This document shows positions 1-12,906 of a stretch of DNA of 64,000 nt, one piece after another (within the stretch, counting starts at the first letter, position 1; the number at the start of each line of letters is the position of its first letter). The translations under genes and the position numbers were made by a program. The notes under the pieces are model-generated. The model had not been told where the DNA came from. It ran no database searches and worked only from the letters and a program-made list of their open reading frames with translations. Source of the DNA: Perkinsela sp. CCAP 1560/9 (taxonomy: Eukaryota; Protista; Euglenozoa: Kinetoplastea); contig CBFFSA010000001.1 in assembly GCA_965644495.1 (NCBI GenBank), forward strand, positions 2,480,001 through 2,544,000. Reading direction: 5' to 3'.

Positions 1-593
1 CTTTGGGAGACGTACGAAGTAGTCTGATTGATGCATGAAATAATCCATGGAATCACACAGACAAATCTTCACGTTGGAGACGAATTGCTTCTTTACGCAA
101 TGTGACATTTCCACATGTTCAGAATCATCGTCTTCAGCGAGAGGAGCATCACTACTTTCATCACTCATTGAACGCGGCGCATCAACGCTTCGCGCCGTCC
201 AACAAAAAGAAAACGAAAATTGAAGCGACGTAGAATTATCGTCCCAGAATATTGGTATGCCGTCGCCGTTAAGACTAAATAAACCTCCATGAAATTTACA
301 TGCTATCATTTCACGCTCCTTGCGCTCCTCAATAATGAACTTGGTACGGTCTTCAAGCAATAAAGTTTCGACGTAACTGAGAAAAAGAGATTCATGCTCA
401 CTCGCAAATGATTGGAACATATTTACAAAAAGTTCCTTAAAAAAAAAATTTCCCCTCCATTTTCTAAGCAGGATGTAAGAAAACGCCGCTTTTTCTCCAT
501 CCATCGAGGAGGGGGTCGGCCGGATACGCTAGTAAATTGTTCAATGCTGCCTACGTTCTGATCTTGTCCCCTTTTCCCCTTCGGTCGTGACAT
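1..593 (-). pseudogene. pogo-like transposase, 5' part (window-truncated; 1-nt homopolymer deletion near 440)
   Basis: Same sequence as 5093-5686, but the offset changes from 5092 to 5093 across the A/T run at ~439-451. Confidence 0.8.
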
Positions 594-2039
594 GCGAGTA
601 AAACAAAAAGCTTAAAACCAATTTATAATTATAAAAGTATATAAGAATTATAAACCCTTAATAATTATAAATTTAGAATTTGTGCAAATTTATAATTATT
701 AATGCAACTTACAGTAGTACCCGGGCTGGGGACCCTGCCCCTCCCCGTCGGCCAGCATCCTGTTTCGCGACCGTGCCGCTGTCGGCACATGCCCGCCCTG
801 CGCCCTCCCGTATAACAAGGGAAGGGTTCCCAATGCAGGCTCGGGAGAGGTCGAAAGACCCGGTCCGGAACCTGCGCGAATGGCTTGTTATGCTTTTTTC
901 TCTGTTTTTATTTTCATTGTTTTTCAGCGGCATAATTTACATACAATTGCTAGTTTTGGGCTCACCAATTGCTAGTTATTTTATATAGAACATGACAACC
1001 CCCCCTATGGACCCTTCATGGCTCATGTATTGGGTAATATAGAGGCAATGCCGCGTTTCGTACTTCTCCCCCCAATTAAAAAAAAAAAAGAGCGGACGGG
1101 ATCCGGGGGTTTGGAGGTTGTCCCTATAATTTTTGGAAGATTATGGATGTTAATCGGTTGACAGGCTTTATCCTCACGCCTTGTTTTTTTCGAAAACAAG
1201 GTTCCCCAATGTGAGATAAAGATGAGTAAAGCTTTCTTTATTCTACGATTAACGCCTTAATGTTTTTTAACCGCATCACTGTTGACACGGCCGTACACCA
1301 CGCCTAGTTGCTCCACACTTCTAGGTCCCAAGTTGGTGCATGGGCAGAGGTTGAAAGCGTAACCTGTGTAGCTCGTGTGAGCTTGTAAAGGGCGTGGCAG
1401 TGGACTGGTCATCTATTGCTATCGTTATCCTTGTACGAGTTCTGTAAGTGAGGTTTGATTATGATTTCTTTTCTATATATGATTTACTATGTGTCCGGGC
1501 ATTTTTATACAGGTTTTCTTTTGTGTGACGTGTGTGCGGGCAGGTTGGTCGAGGGTTCCGGTGGGGGGAACCCCGTTAACAGAGTGACAGTGACATATAT
1601 GTTTGCAGGCCTAAAATTGTCGTGAGAACATATTATTTACAGTTTAATGTTGATGTTATGTTTTGAGATTGGGAAATAGGGCTTGTGAGCAATCAGATAC
1701 ATTTTAGTTGTTTCTTTGTTTACTATTCGATACATGTTATTTATTAAGGCCCGCGGCGTGGATTTCACAGTGTAAATTTTATTACAAATATTATTGTACG
1801 GTATGGGATACAGGGTAGAGGGAAGATAACGGGGGGTAAAGGAGATCAAGTCTCGCCCGTCTAAACGTGAGTTCTCGATCCTTTGAGGACGAATGAGATC
1901 TCCACGGGGGATAAATCTCCGAGATCATCATGTGAAGAAGAAGCCCTAATTTAAGGGGCAATATTGTATTTTAACCGCTGCACTGTAGGCGGGAATTATG
2001 AAAGATTGATATGTATTTTTGGAGGTAGATTCTCTCAAA

Positions 2040-2130
2040 AAAAAGGTGATTAAACAGAAAGGGGGTGATAAACAAAAAGGGGGTGATAAACAAAAAGGGG
2101 GTGATAAACAAAAAGGGGGTGATGAAAAAA
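2040..2130 (+). repeat. 18-bp minisatellite GGGGGTGATAAACAAAAA (~5 units; also at +5093 and +10186)
   Basis: Directly visible; it gives the INKKGV peptide repeat. Confidence 0.9.
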
Positions 2131-2330
2131 GAAGTGATGCGTCGTCTCACCCGCGCCAGGCTGGTCGCGCTCCATAAACCGAATGGTGGAATAAGACCTG
2201 TCGCCATTGGGGAAGTGTTGATGAAATTAGCGGGATGCATTCTCATACAAAGGTACGAGAACATTCTAGAGCCACTGTTCGCGCCATTACAGCATGGAGT
2301 ACTCTCGAAGGCAGGGTGCGAACGGGTAGT
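2129..2330 (+). pseudogene. CRE/SLACS-clade non-LTR reverse transcriptase fragment (N-terminal RT motifs)
   Basis: ARLVALHKPNGGIRPVAIGEVLMKLAG...PLQHGV...GCERVV, typical of CRE-clade RT domains 1-2. Confidence 0.85.
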
Positions 2331-2720
2331 TTGTTTGTTTTGTTTTATCACAAGGCCGTTTGTCTCCGAAGAGATATGGCCCCCTAGTTCCAGCCTAGGT
2401 CCGCTGTGCGGATGCTGATGCTCGAAGCATCTGTGCCAACACAGGAGTAATCTCAACCATAGAGGGCACACACCCGACTTATCCTCCTATGAAAGGAAAC
2501 CAATAATTATTAGCTCCAGGGTAGGAGGGGTTCGCTACTCCCCAGCGTGGATTAACAAGTTAATCCACTACCCTGCCTTAATAAAACTCTTGAAAATGTA
2601 ATTGGGCCTTTGTACTAGTGTCAGGAATTAAACATGAAGGATTTATTCGTGAACTACGGTATGATATTATTTGCAAAATTAGACAGACTTTTCTTATTTG
2701 TATTTCGCACGAATAAAAGT

Positions 2721-2759
2721 TGACTTTAACGATAAAGATACAGTTTCTGTACCTTGTTG
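2721..2759 (+). other. Spliced-leader exon-like 39-mer (not an SL RNA gene) between 34-bp direct repeats
   Basis: TGACTTTAACGATAAAGATACAGTTTCTGTACCTTGTTG. GATACAGTTTCTGTAC...TTG lies in the same register as kinetoplastid SL exons. No GT intron follows. Confidence 0.85.
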
Positions 2760-2793
2760 ACTTTTCTTATTTGTATTTCGCACGAATAAAAGT

Positions 2794-4295
2794 GAAAAGA
2801 GACATTACGGATCCAAAAAGAGATGCAGTGTGCCAGAAGAGCTCAACAAGCAATACGCCGCACAAAGGGTTATGCTCCCAGAGGAAGTAGAGAGTCAAGT
2901 CAATGAGGTTATGGCGACCATGCAACAGAATGACATAGAAGTCGAAGTAACCTGGTTCCCCGTTGGAGGTAGGAAAGAGACAGCGACAACATGGCGAGGT
3001 ACGGTAGAGGACAATGGAGACGAGGAAAATCCTATCATTGTTCCCTACCCATGGGGTAACTATCCTCTGCCTAATAGCAACGTGTGTTATACGCGCATCG
3101 TGATATCAGCAAGTGAGCCAAAGATGCCAGGCAAATTGCCCGAATCGGACGATGAAACTGCACCATCAGAAGAGACGAACGACAGTTTCAACCCCCGGGA
3201 CGTTACAACATAGAACACATACATTACCCAGGGGCCACTAGGGATTGAAATATTGAAACAGCGGTTGCGAACGGCGCTGGATCTCCCTTCTCGAATGTCG
3301 CCACAGCTACAAGCCCTTTGGGATATCTTGTGTGCTTGGATAGACGATAGCGCAGAAAGAGGGGGCGTGAACAGCGACGCCGTCAATCACAAAAACGTCG
3401 GCCAAAGCACAGTTGACCAGATACGCATTCTGCAAGGAATATATCGAGGAGCAGATGCTTGATATATACGCTCACAATACGTTACCCAGAAAGACCCACA
3501 GGACCGACTTGGTAATGTAATTGAGCAAAGCGTAACCTACAATCAAGCAACCACGTATACGAGCCGTGGACCCCAGCGGACCCGCTATACGCCTCGCATG
3601 CCGATACGAGGGCGAGTATATGCAAATCGGACCCCCATAAATCGGACTGGCATACTAGAACATGGCATTACGCGTCAAGCGACCATCGCACCACGCGCTC
3701 CGGATTTTCGTGGACGGGGGATCGGTCCACAGCACTGACTCTCAAGAGTCCTCCCCCCGAGGAAAAGCAAGTACACACCAATAAAAAGGAAGTTAAAAGA
3801 TCAAATACAGAATCTAAAATACAAAAATATCAATATGAAGCAGAACACGAAAACGAAAATTAAAATACAAAGTCAAATTGCAATAAACAAAGCAAGTACA
3901 AAACGGAAAAACATTTATCAGCCAGTATTACAGACCAGCACCTCTATCCGACCCGTTTGCAAGACACAAACGGAAAAACTACCGTCCCACACGTGCAAAG
4001 TTCGAATCAGCAATATCGATACCCACAGATCCACTACCCGACGTATCATCACCAAGGCTCATCGTCAGACCAATGGATCCCACATCAAAATATCGAATAT
4101 TACCCAGCCACCGAGACACAACATACCAGGAACAGACCCCCTTACGTTATGTCCAATTTCCTCAACATGACATCTCCTTCGGTAATGGAGACGTTGAAGC
4201 CTATGTGTGCGGAGACAACATGGACTACCAGGTGCCGTCTGCTATGCCATATGCGGAGTTTGGGAATACCCATTACGGATACGGGGGTCATACGA
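2794..4295 (+). mobile_element. YR retrotransposon 5' part: ORF1 pseudogene (2794-3738, in-frame stops at 3211 and 3460) plus truncated recombinase
   Basis: Matches 12980-14481 of the longer copy. ORF1 aligns with the 17055-18384 protein. Confidence 0.8.
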
Positions 4296-5686
4296 GTTTT
4301 TTTTCTTTCAGTTTGGTACTGAACCGTCGTGTCATACGTCTTCACGTGCGCACCCTTATAGGCTTCTTTTCCATTCCAGATCACGAATGGTGGAACCAAA
4401 TCACCGCTTAAAGATGCAGCAGTTACAAGAGTTGCGCTTCGTTTGTCTCCTACTGCAATGCTATGCGCTTCTTGCCCCTGATATGTTAAGCCACGCTCCG
4501 CAAGAGAATTATAGGCGACGGCAGTTTCGTCCATGTTAATTAGAAGAGGGGAAATAACCTTGTCGTTCCATTCTATGCCTACATAATAACATATACGCAG
4601 TAGCATATCTCGCGCAAGGTCGTTTAAATTTGTTGGTAGAGCGCCTTCGGGTGTATTTCTTGTCGATTTCATCGAAATATCCATTTTCGACAGCCACCGG
4701 ATGAAGGTATGATAGGATGGTATAAACGTTTCTTCATCTTTTACCTTGGCACCAGATTTAACTTTGTCTACGAGATGTTTCGTTAGATAATCAATGTCGT
4801 CAGAATCGTGCATGATTGCTTCACGTGTAATTGCCCAGAGCAGGTTCTTACCTACAGGAATTCCGTAAAATATTAGCTCATTCAATAGCCTGCGAATGAG
4901 GGGTTCATAGAATGACAACATGCTTGGTCGTTGGTTAGATGTATTCTTAGGAATTAAGGACTCGTCTCCGAGCTTCTCGCGTTTTTGCCACCAAAGACGA
5001 AGAATTTGATATTCGATTTGTTCAGCAATGCTCGGATATACAGATTTCAGTTTTTTGCATAGGTTAGTGTAATGAGGAAACCGTCCTCCCCTCTTTGGGA
5101 GACGTACGAAGTAGTCTGATTGATGCATGAAATAATCCATGGAATCACACAGACAAATCTTCACGTTGGAGACGAATTGCTTCTTTACGCAATGTGACAT
5201 TTCCACATGTTCAGAATCATCGTCTTCAGCGAGAGGAGCATCACTACTTTCATCACTCATTGAGCGCGGCGCATCAACGCTTCGCGCCGTCCAACAAAAA
5301 GAAAACGAAAATTGAAGCGACGTAGAATTATCGTCCCAGAATATTGGTATGCCGTCGCCGTTAAGACTAAATAAACCTCCATGAAATTTACATGCTATCA
5401 TTTCACGCTCCTTGCGCTCCTCAATAATGAACTTGGTACGGTCTTCAAGCAATAAAGTTTCGACGTAACTGAGAAAAAGAGATTCATGCTCACTCGCAAA
5501 TGATTGGAACATATTTACAAAAAGTTCCTTAAAAAAAGAATTTTCCCCTCCATTTTCTAAGCAGGATGTAAGAAAACGCCGCTTTTTCTCCATCCATCGA
5601 GGAGGGGGTCGGCCGGATACGCTAGTAAATTGTTCAATGCTGCCTACGTTCTGATCTTGTCCCCTTTTCCCCTTCGGTCGTGACAT
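4296..5686 (-). pseudogene. pogo/Tigger-like (CENP-B HTH + DDE_1) transposase, 3'-truncated; the ORF runs on antisense through YR sequence to 4142
   Basis: FIPSYHTFIRWL (HTH end), LINMDETAV (first catalytic D), KRSATLVTAASLSGDLVPPFVIWNGK. The remaining catalytic residues are lost at the unit junction. Confidence 0.85.
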
Positions 5687-7221
5687 GCGAGTAAAACAAA
5701 AAGCTTAAAACCAATTTATAATTATAAAAGTATATAAGAATTATAAACCCTTAATAATTATAAATTTAGAATTTGTGCAAATTTAAAATTATTAATGCAA
5801 CTTACAGTAGTACCCGGGCTGGGGACCCTGCCCCTCCCCGTCGGCCAGCATCCTGTTTCGCGACCGTGCCGCTGTCGGCACATGCCCGCCCTGCGCCCTC
5901 CCGTATAACAAGGGAAGGGTTCCCAATGCAGGCTCGGGAGAGGTCGAAAGACCCGGTCCGGAACCTGCGCGAATGGCTTGTTATGCTTTTTTCTCTGTTT
6001 TTATTTTCATTGTTTTTCAGCGGCATAATTTACATACAATTGCTAGTTTTGGGCTCACCAATTGCTAGTTATTTTATATAGAACATGACAACCCCCCCTA
6101 TGGACCCTTCATGGCTCATGTATTGGGTAATATAGAGGCAATGCCGCGTTTCGTACTTCTCCCCCCAATTAAAAAAAAAAAAGAGCGGACGGGATCCGGG
6201 GGTTTGGAGGTTGTCCCTATAATTTTTGGAAGATTATGGATGTTAATCGGTTGACAGGCTTTATCCTCACGCCTTGTTTTTTTCGAAAACAAGGTTCCCC
6301 AATGTGAGATAAAGATGAGTAAAGCTTTCTTTATTCTACGATTAACGCCTTAATGTTTTTTAACCGCATCACTGTTGACACGGCCGTACACCACGCCTAG
6401 TTGCTCCACACTTCTAGGTCCCAAGTTGGTGCATGGGCAGAGGTTGAAAGCGTAACCTGTGTAGCTCGTGTGAGCTTGTAAAGGGCGTGGCAGTGGACTG
6501 GTCATCTATTGCTATCGTTATCCTTGTACGAGTTCTGTAAGTGAGGTTTGATTATGATTTCTTTTCTATATATGATTTACTATGTGTCCGGGCATTTTTA
6601 TACAGGTTTTCTTTTGTGTGACGTGTGTGCGGGCAGGTTGGTCGAGGGTTCCGGTGGGGGGAACCCCGTTAACAGAGTGACAGTGACATATATGTTTGCA
6701 GGCCTAAAATTGTCGTGAGAACATATTATTTACAGTTTAATGTTGATGTTATGTTTTGAGATTGGGAAATAGGGCTTGTGAGCAATCAGATACATTTTAG
6801 TTGTTTCTTTGTTTACTATTCGATACATGTTATTTATTAAGGCCCGCGGCGTGGATTTCACAGTGTAAATTTTATTACAAATATTATTGTACGGTATGGG
6901 ATACAGGGTAGAGGGAAGATAACGGGGGGTAAAGGAGATCAAGTCTCGCCCGTCTAAACGTGAGTTCTCGATCCTTTGAGGACGAATGAGATCTCCACGG
7001 GGGATAAATCTCCGAGATCATCATGTGAAGAAGAAGCCCTAATTTAAGGGGCAATATTGTATTTTAACCGCTGCACTGTAGGCGAGAATTATGAAAGATT
7101 GATATGTATTTTTGGAGGTAGATTCTCTCAAAAAAAAGGTGATTAAACAGAAAGGGGGTGATAAACAAAAAGGGGGTGATAAACAAAAAGGGGGTGATAA
7201 ACAAAAAGGGGGTGATGAAAA

Positions 7222-7423
7222 AAGAAGTGATGCGTCGTCTCACCCGCGCCAGGCTGGTCGCGCTCCATAAACCGAATGGTGGAATAAGACCTGTCGCCAT
7301 TGGGGAAGTGTTGATGAAATTAGCGGGATGCATTCTCATACAAAGGTACGAGAACATTCTAGAGCCACTGTTCGCGCCATTACAGCATGGAGTACTCTCG
7401 AAGGCAGGGTGCGAACGGGTAGT
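7222..7423 (+). pseudogene. CRE-clade RT fragment (copy 2)
   Basis: Copy of 2129-2330. Confidence 0.85.
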
Positions 7424-7813
7424 TTGTTTGTTTTGTTTTATCACAAGGCCGTTTGTCTCCGAAGAGATATGGCCCCCTAGTTCCAGCCTAGGTCCGCTGT
7501 GCGGATGCTGATGCTCGAAGCATCTGTGCCAACACAGGAGTAATCTCAACCATAGAGGGCACACACCCGACTTATCCTCCTATGAAAGGAAACCAATAAT
7601 TATTAGCTCCAGGGTAGGAGGGGTTCGCTACTCCCCAGCGTGGATTAACAAGTTAATCCACTACCCTGCCTTAATAAAACTCTTGAAAATGTAATTGGGC
7701 CTTTGTACTAGTGTCAGGAATTAAACATGAAGGATTTATTCGTGAACTACGGTATGATATTATTTGCAAAATTAGACAGACTTTTCTTATTTGTATTTCG
7801 CACGAATAAAAGT

Positions 7814-7852
7814 TGACTTTAACGATAAAGATACAGTTTCTGTACCTTGTTG
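7814..7852 (+). other. SL exon-like 39-mer (copy 2)
   Basis: Identical to 2721-2759. Confidence 0.85.
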
Positions 7853-7886
7853 ACTTTTCTTATTTGTATTTCGCACGAATAAAAGT

Positions 7887-9388
7887 GAAAAGAGACATTA
7901 CGGATCCAAAAAGAGATGCAGTGTGCCAGAAGAGCTCAACAAGCAATACGCCGCACAAAGGGTTATGCTCCCAGAGGAAGTAGAGAGTCAAGTCAATGAG
8001 GTTATGGCGACCATGCAACAGAATGACATAGAAGTCGAAGTAACCTGGTTCCCCGTTGGAGGTAGGAAAGAGACAGCGACAACATGGCGAGGTACGGTAG
8101 AGGACAATGGAGACGAGGAAAATCCTATCATTGTTCCCTACCCATGGGGTAACTATCCTCTGCCTAATAGCAACGTGTGTTATACGCGCATCGTGATATC
8201 AGCAAGTGAGCCAAAGATGCCAGGCAAATTGCCCGAATCGGACGATGAAACTGCACCATCAGAAGAGACGAACGACAGTTTCAACCCCCGGGACGTTACA
8301 ACATAGAACACATACATTACCCAGGGGCCACTAGGGATTGAAATATTGAAACAGCGGTTGCGAACGGCGCTGGATCTCCCTTCTCGAATGTCGCCACAGC
8401 TACAAGCCCTTTGGGATATCTTGTGTGCTTGGATAGACGATAGCGCAGAAAGAGGGGGCGTGAACAGCGACGCCGTCAATCACAAAAACGTCGGCCAAAG
8501 CACAGTTGACCAGATACGCATTCTGCAAGGAATATATCGAGGAGCAGATGCTTGATATATACGCTCACAATACGTTACCCAGAAAGACCCACAGGACCGA
8601 CTTGGTAATGTAATTGAGCAAAGCGTAACCTACAATCAAGCAACCACGTATACGAGCCGTGGACCCCAGCGGACCCGCTATACGCCTCGCATGCCGATAC
8701 GAGGGCGAGTATATGCAAATCGGACCCCCATAAATCGGACTGGCATACTAGAACATGGCATTACGCGTCAAGCGACCATCGCACCACGCGCTCCGGATTT
8801 TCGTGGACGGGGGATCGGTCCACAGCACTGACTCTCAAGAGTCCTCCCCCCGAGGAAAAGCAAGTACACACCAATAAAAAGGAAGTTAAAAGATCAAATA
8901 CAGAATCTAAAATACAAAAATATCAATATGAAGCAGAACACGAAAACGAAAATTAAAATACAAAGTCAAATTGCAATAAACAAAGCAAGTACAAAACGGA
9001 AAAACATTTATCAGCCAGTATTACAGACCAGCACCTCTATCCGACCCGTTTGCAAGACACAAACGGAAAAACTACCGTCCCACACGTGCAAAGTTCGAAT
9101 CAGCAATATCGATACCCACAGATCCACTACCCGACGTATCATCACCAAGGCTCATCGTCAGACCAATGGATCCCACATCAAAATATCGAATATTACCCAG
9201 CCACCGAGACACAACATACCAGGAACAGACCCCCTTACGTTATGTCCAATTTCCTCAACATGACATCTCCTTCGGTAATGGAGACGTTGAAGCCTATGTG
9301 TGCGGAGACAACATGGACTACCAGGTGCCGTCTGCTATGCCATATGCGGAGTTTGGGAATACCCATTACGGATACGGGGGTCATACGA
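7887..9388 (+). mobile_element. YR retrotransposon 5' part (copy 2)
   Basis: Copy of 2794-4295. Confidence 0.8.
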
Positions 9389-10779
9389 GTTTTTTTTCTT
9401 TCAGTTTGGTACTGAACCGTCGTGTCATACGTCTTCACGTGCGCACCCTTATAGGCTTCTTTTCCATTCCAGATCACGAATGGTGGAACCAAATCACCGC
9501 TTAAAGATGCAGCAGTTACAAGAGTTGCGCTTCGTTTGTCTCCTACTGCAATGCTATGCGCTTCTTGCCCCTGATATGTTAAGCCACGCTCCGCAAGAGA
9601 ATTATAGGCGACGGCAGTTTCGTCCATGTTAATTAGAAGAGGGGAAATAACCTTGTCGTTCCATTCTATGCCTACATAATAACATATACGCAGTAGCATA
9701 TCTCGCGCAAGGTCGTTTAAATTTGTTGGTAGAGCGCCTTCGGGTGTATTTCTTGTCGATTTCATCGAAATATCCATTTTCGACAGCCACCGGATGAAGG
9801 TATGATAGGATGGTATAAACGTTTCTTCATCTTTTACCTTGGCACCAGATTTAACTTTGTCTACGAGATGTTTCGTTAGATAATCAATGTCGTCAGAATC
9901 GTGCATGATTGCTTCACGTGTAATTGCCCAGAGCAGGTTCTTACCTACAGGAATTCCGTAAAATATTAGCTCATTCAATAGCCTGCGAATGAGGGGTTCA
10001 TAGAATGACAACATGCTTGGTCGTTGGTTAGATGTATTCTTAGGAATTAAGGACTCGTCTCCGAGCTTCTCGCGTTTTTGCCACCAAAGACGAAGAATTT
10101 GATATTCGATTTGTTCAGCAATGCTCGGATATACAGATTTCAGTTTTTTGCATAGGTTAGTGTAATGAGGAAACCGTCCTCCCCTCTTTGGGAGACGTAC
10201 GAAGTAGTCTGATTGATGCATGAAATAATCCATGGAATCACACAGACAAATCTTCACGTTGGAGACGAATTGCTTCTTTACGCAATGTGACATTTCCACA
10301 TGTTCAGAATCATCGTCTTCAGCGAGAGGAGCATCACTACTTTCATCACTCATTGAGCGCGGCGCATCAACGCTTCGCGCCGTCCAACAAAAAGAAAACG
10401 AAAATTGAAGCGACGTAGAATTATCGTCCCAGAATATTGGTATGCCGTCGCCGTTAAGACTAAATAAACCTCCATGAAATTTACATGCTATCATTTCACG
10501 CTCCTTGCGCTCCTCAATAATGAACTTGGTACGGTCTTCAAGCAATAAAGTTTCGACGTAACTGAGAAAAAGAGATTCATGCTCACTCGCAAATGATTGG
10601 AACATATTTACAAAAAGTTCCTTAAAAAAAGAATTTTCCCCTCCATTTTCTAAGCAGGATGTAAGAAAACGCCGCTTTTTCTCCATCCATCGAGGAGGGG
10701 GTCGGCCGGATACGCTAGTAAATTGTTCAATGCTGCCTACGTTCTGATCTTGTCCCCTTTTCCCCTTCGGTCGTGACAT
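9389..10779 (-). pseudogene. pogo-like transposase, 3'-truncated (second full copy)
   Basis: Identical translation to the 4142..5686 ORF. Confidence 0.85.
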
Positions 10780-12314
10780 GCGAGTAAAACAAAAAGCTTA
10801 AAACCAATTTATAATTATAAAAGTATATAAGAATTATAAACCCTTAATAATTATAAATTTAGAATTTGTGCAAATTTAAAATTATTAATGCAACTTACAG
10901 TAGTACCCGGGCTGGGGACCCTGCCCCTCCCCGTCGGCCAGCATCCTGTTTCGCGACCGTGCCGCTGTCGGCACATGCCCGCCCTGCGCCCTCCCGTATA
11001 ACAAGGGAAGGGTTCCCAATGCAGGCTCGGGAGAGGTCGAAAGACCCGGTCCGGAACCTGCGCGAATGGCTTGTTATGCTTTTTTCTCTGTTTTTATTTT
11101 CATTGTTTTTCAGCGGCATAATTTACATACAATTGCTAGTTTTGGGCTCACCAATTGCTAGTTATTTTATATAGAACATGACAACCCCCCCTATGGACCC
11201 TTCATGGCTCATGTATTGGGTAATATAGAGGCAATGCCGCGTTTCGTACTTCTCCCCCCAATTAAAAAAAAAAAAGAGCGGACGGGATCCGGGGGTTTGG
11301 AGGTTGTCCCTATAATTTTTGGAAGATTATGGATGTTAATCGGTTGACAGGCTTTATCCTCACGCCTTGTTTTTTTCGAAAACAAGGTTCCCCAATGTGA
11401 GATAAAGATGAGTAAAGCTTTCTTTATTCTACGATTAACGCCTTAATGTTTTTTAACCGCATCACTGTTGACACGGCCGTACACCACGCCTAGTTGCTCC
11501 ACACTTCTAGGTCCCAAGTTGGTGCATGGGCAGAGGTTGAAAGCGTAACCTGTGTAGCTCGTGTGAGCTTGTAAAGGGCGTGGCAGTGGACTGGTCATCT
11601 ATTGCTATCGTTATCCTTGTACGAGTTCTGTAAGTGAGGTTTGATTATGATTTCTTTTCTATATATGATTTACTATGTGTCCGGGCATTTTTATACAGGT
11701 TTTCTTTTGTGTGACGTGTGTGCGGGCAGGTTGGTCGAGGGTTCCGGTGGGGGGAACCCCGTTAACAGAGTGACAGTGACATATATGTTTGCAGGCCTAA
11801 AATTGTCGTGAGAACATATTATTTACAGTTTAATGTTGATGTTATGTTTTGAGATTGGGAAATAGGGCTTGTGAGCAATCAGATACATTTTAGTTGTTTC
11901 TTTGTTTACTATTCGATACATGTTATTTATTAAGGCCCGCGGCGTGGATTTCACAGTGTAAATTTTATTACAAATATTATTGTACGGTATGGGATACAGG
12001 GTAGAGGGAAGATAACGGGGGGTAAAGGAGATCAAGTCTCGCCCGTCTAAACGTGAGTTCTCGATCCTTTGAGGACGAATGAGATCTCCACGGGGGATAA
12101 ATCTCCGAGATCATCATGTGAAGAAGAAGCCCTAATTTAAGGGGCAATATTGTATTTTAACCGCTGCACTGTAGGCGGGAATTATGAAAGATTGATATGT
12201 ATTTTTGGAGGTAGATTCTCTCAAAAAAAAGGTGATTAAACAGAAAGGGGGTGATAAACAAAAAGGGGGTGATAAACAAAAAGGGGGTGATAAACAAAAA
12301 GGGGGTGATGAAAA

Positions 12315-12516
12315 AAGAAGTGATGCGTCGTCTCACCCGCGCCAGGCTGGTCGCGCTCCATAAACCGAATAGTGGAATAAGACCTGTCGCCATTGGGGAA
12401 GTGTTGATGAAATTAGCGGGATGCATTCTCATACAAAGGTACGAGAACATTCTAGAGCCACTGTTCGCGCCATTACAGCATGGAGTACTCTCGAAGGCAG
12501 GGTGCGAACGGGTAGT
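12315..12516 (+). pseudogene. CRE-clade RT fragment (copy 3; continues at 19878)
   Basis: Copy of 2129-2330. It ends in GCGAACGGGTAGT, which is repeated at 19878-19890. Confidence 0.85.
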
Positions 12517-12906
12517 TTGTTTGTTTTGTTTTATCACAAGGCCGTTTGTCTCCGAAGAGATATGGCCCCCTAGTTCCAGCCTAGGTCCGCTGTGCGGATG
12601 CTGATGCTCGAAGCATCTGTGCCAACACAGGAGTAATCTCAACCATAGAGGGCACACACCCGACTTATCCTCCTATGAAAGGAAACCAATAATTATTAGC
12701 TCCAGGGTAGGAGGGGTTCGCTACTCCCCAGCGTGGATTAACAAGTTAATCCACTACCCTGCCTTAATAAAACTCTTGAAAATGTAATTGGGCCTTTGTA
12801 CTAGTGTCAGGAATTAAACATGAAGGATTTATTCGTGAACTACGGTATGATATTATTTGCAAAATTAGACAGACTTTTCTTATTTGTATTTCGCACGAAT
12901 AAAAGT

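Noticed and set aside
810-890. HDV-like ribozyme suggested by GCGAATGG
   Set aside because: I could not build the P1/P3/L3 topology.
712-1985. Single TIR element from TA|CAGTAG (712) to CACTG|TA (1985)
   Set aside because: The ends match only over CAGT; probably ends of two different elements.
2721-2830. Functional SL RNA gene in a tandem array
   Set aside because: The exon is followed by ACTTTT, not a GT donor; there is no intron/Sm-site region or T-tract terminator.
3211-3863. Stop-codon reassignment (in-frame TAG, TGA and TAA in YR element A)
   Set aside because: Host genes end normally at TAA, TAG and TGA and have no internal stops, so these are nonsense mutations in a decayed element.
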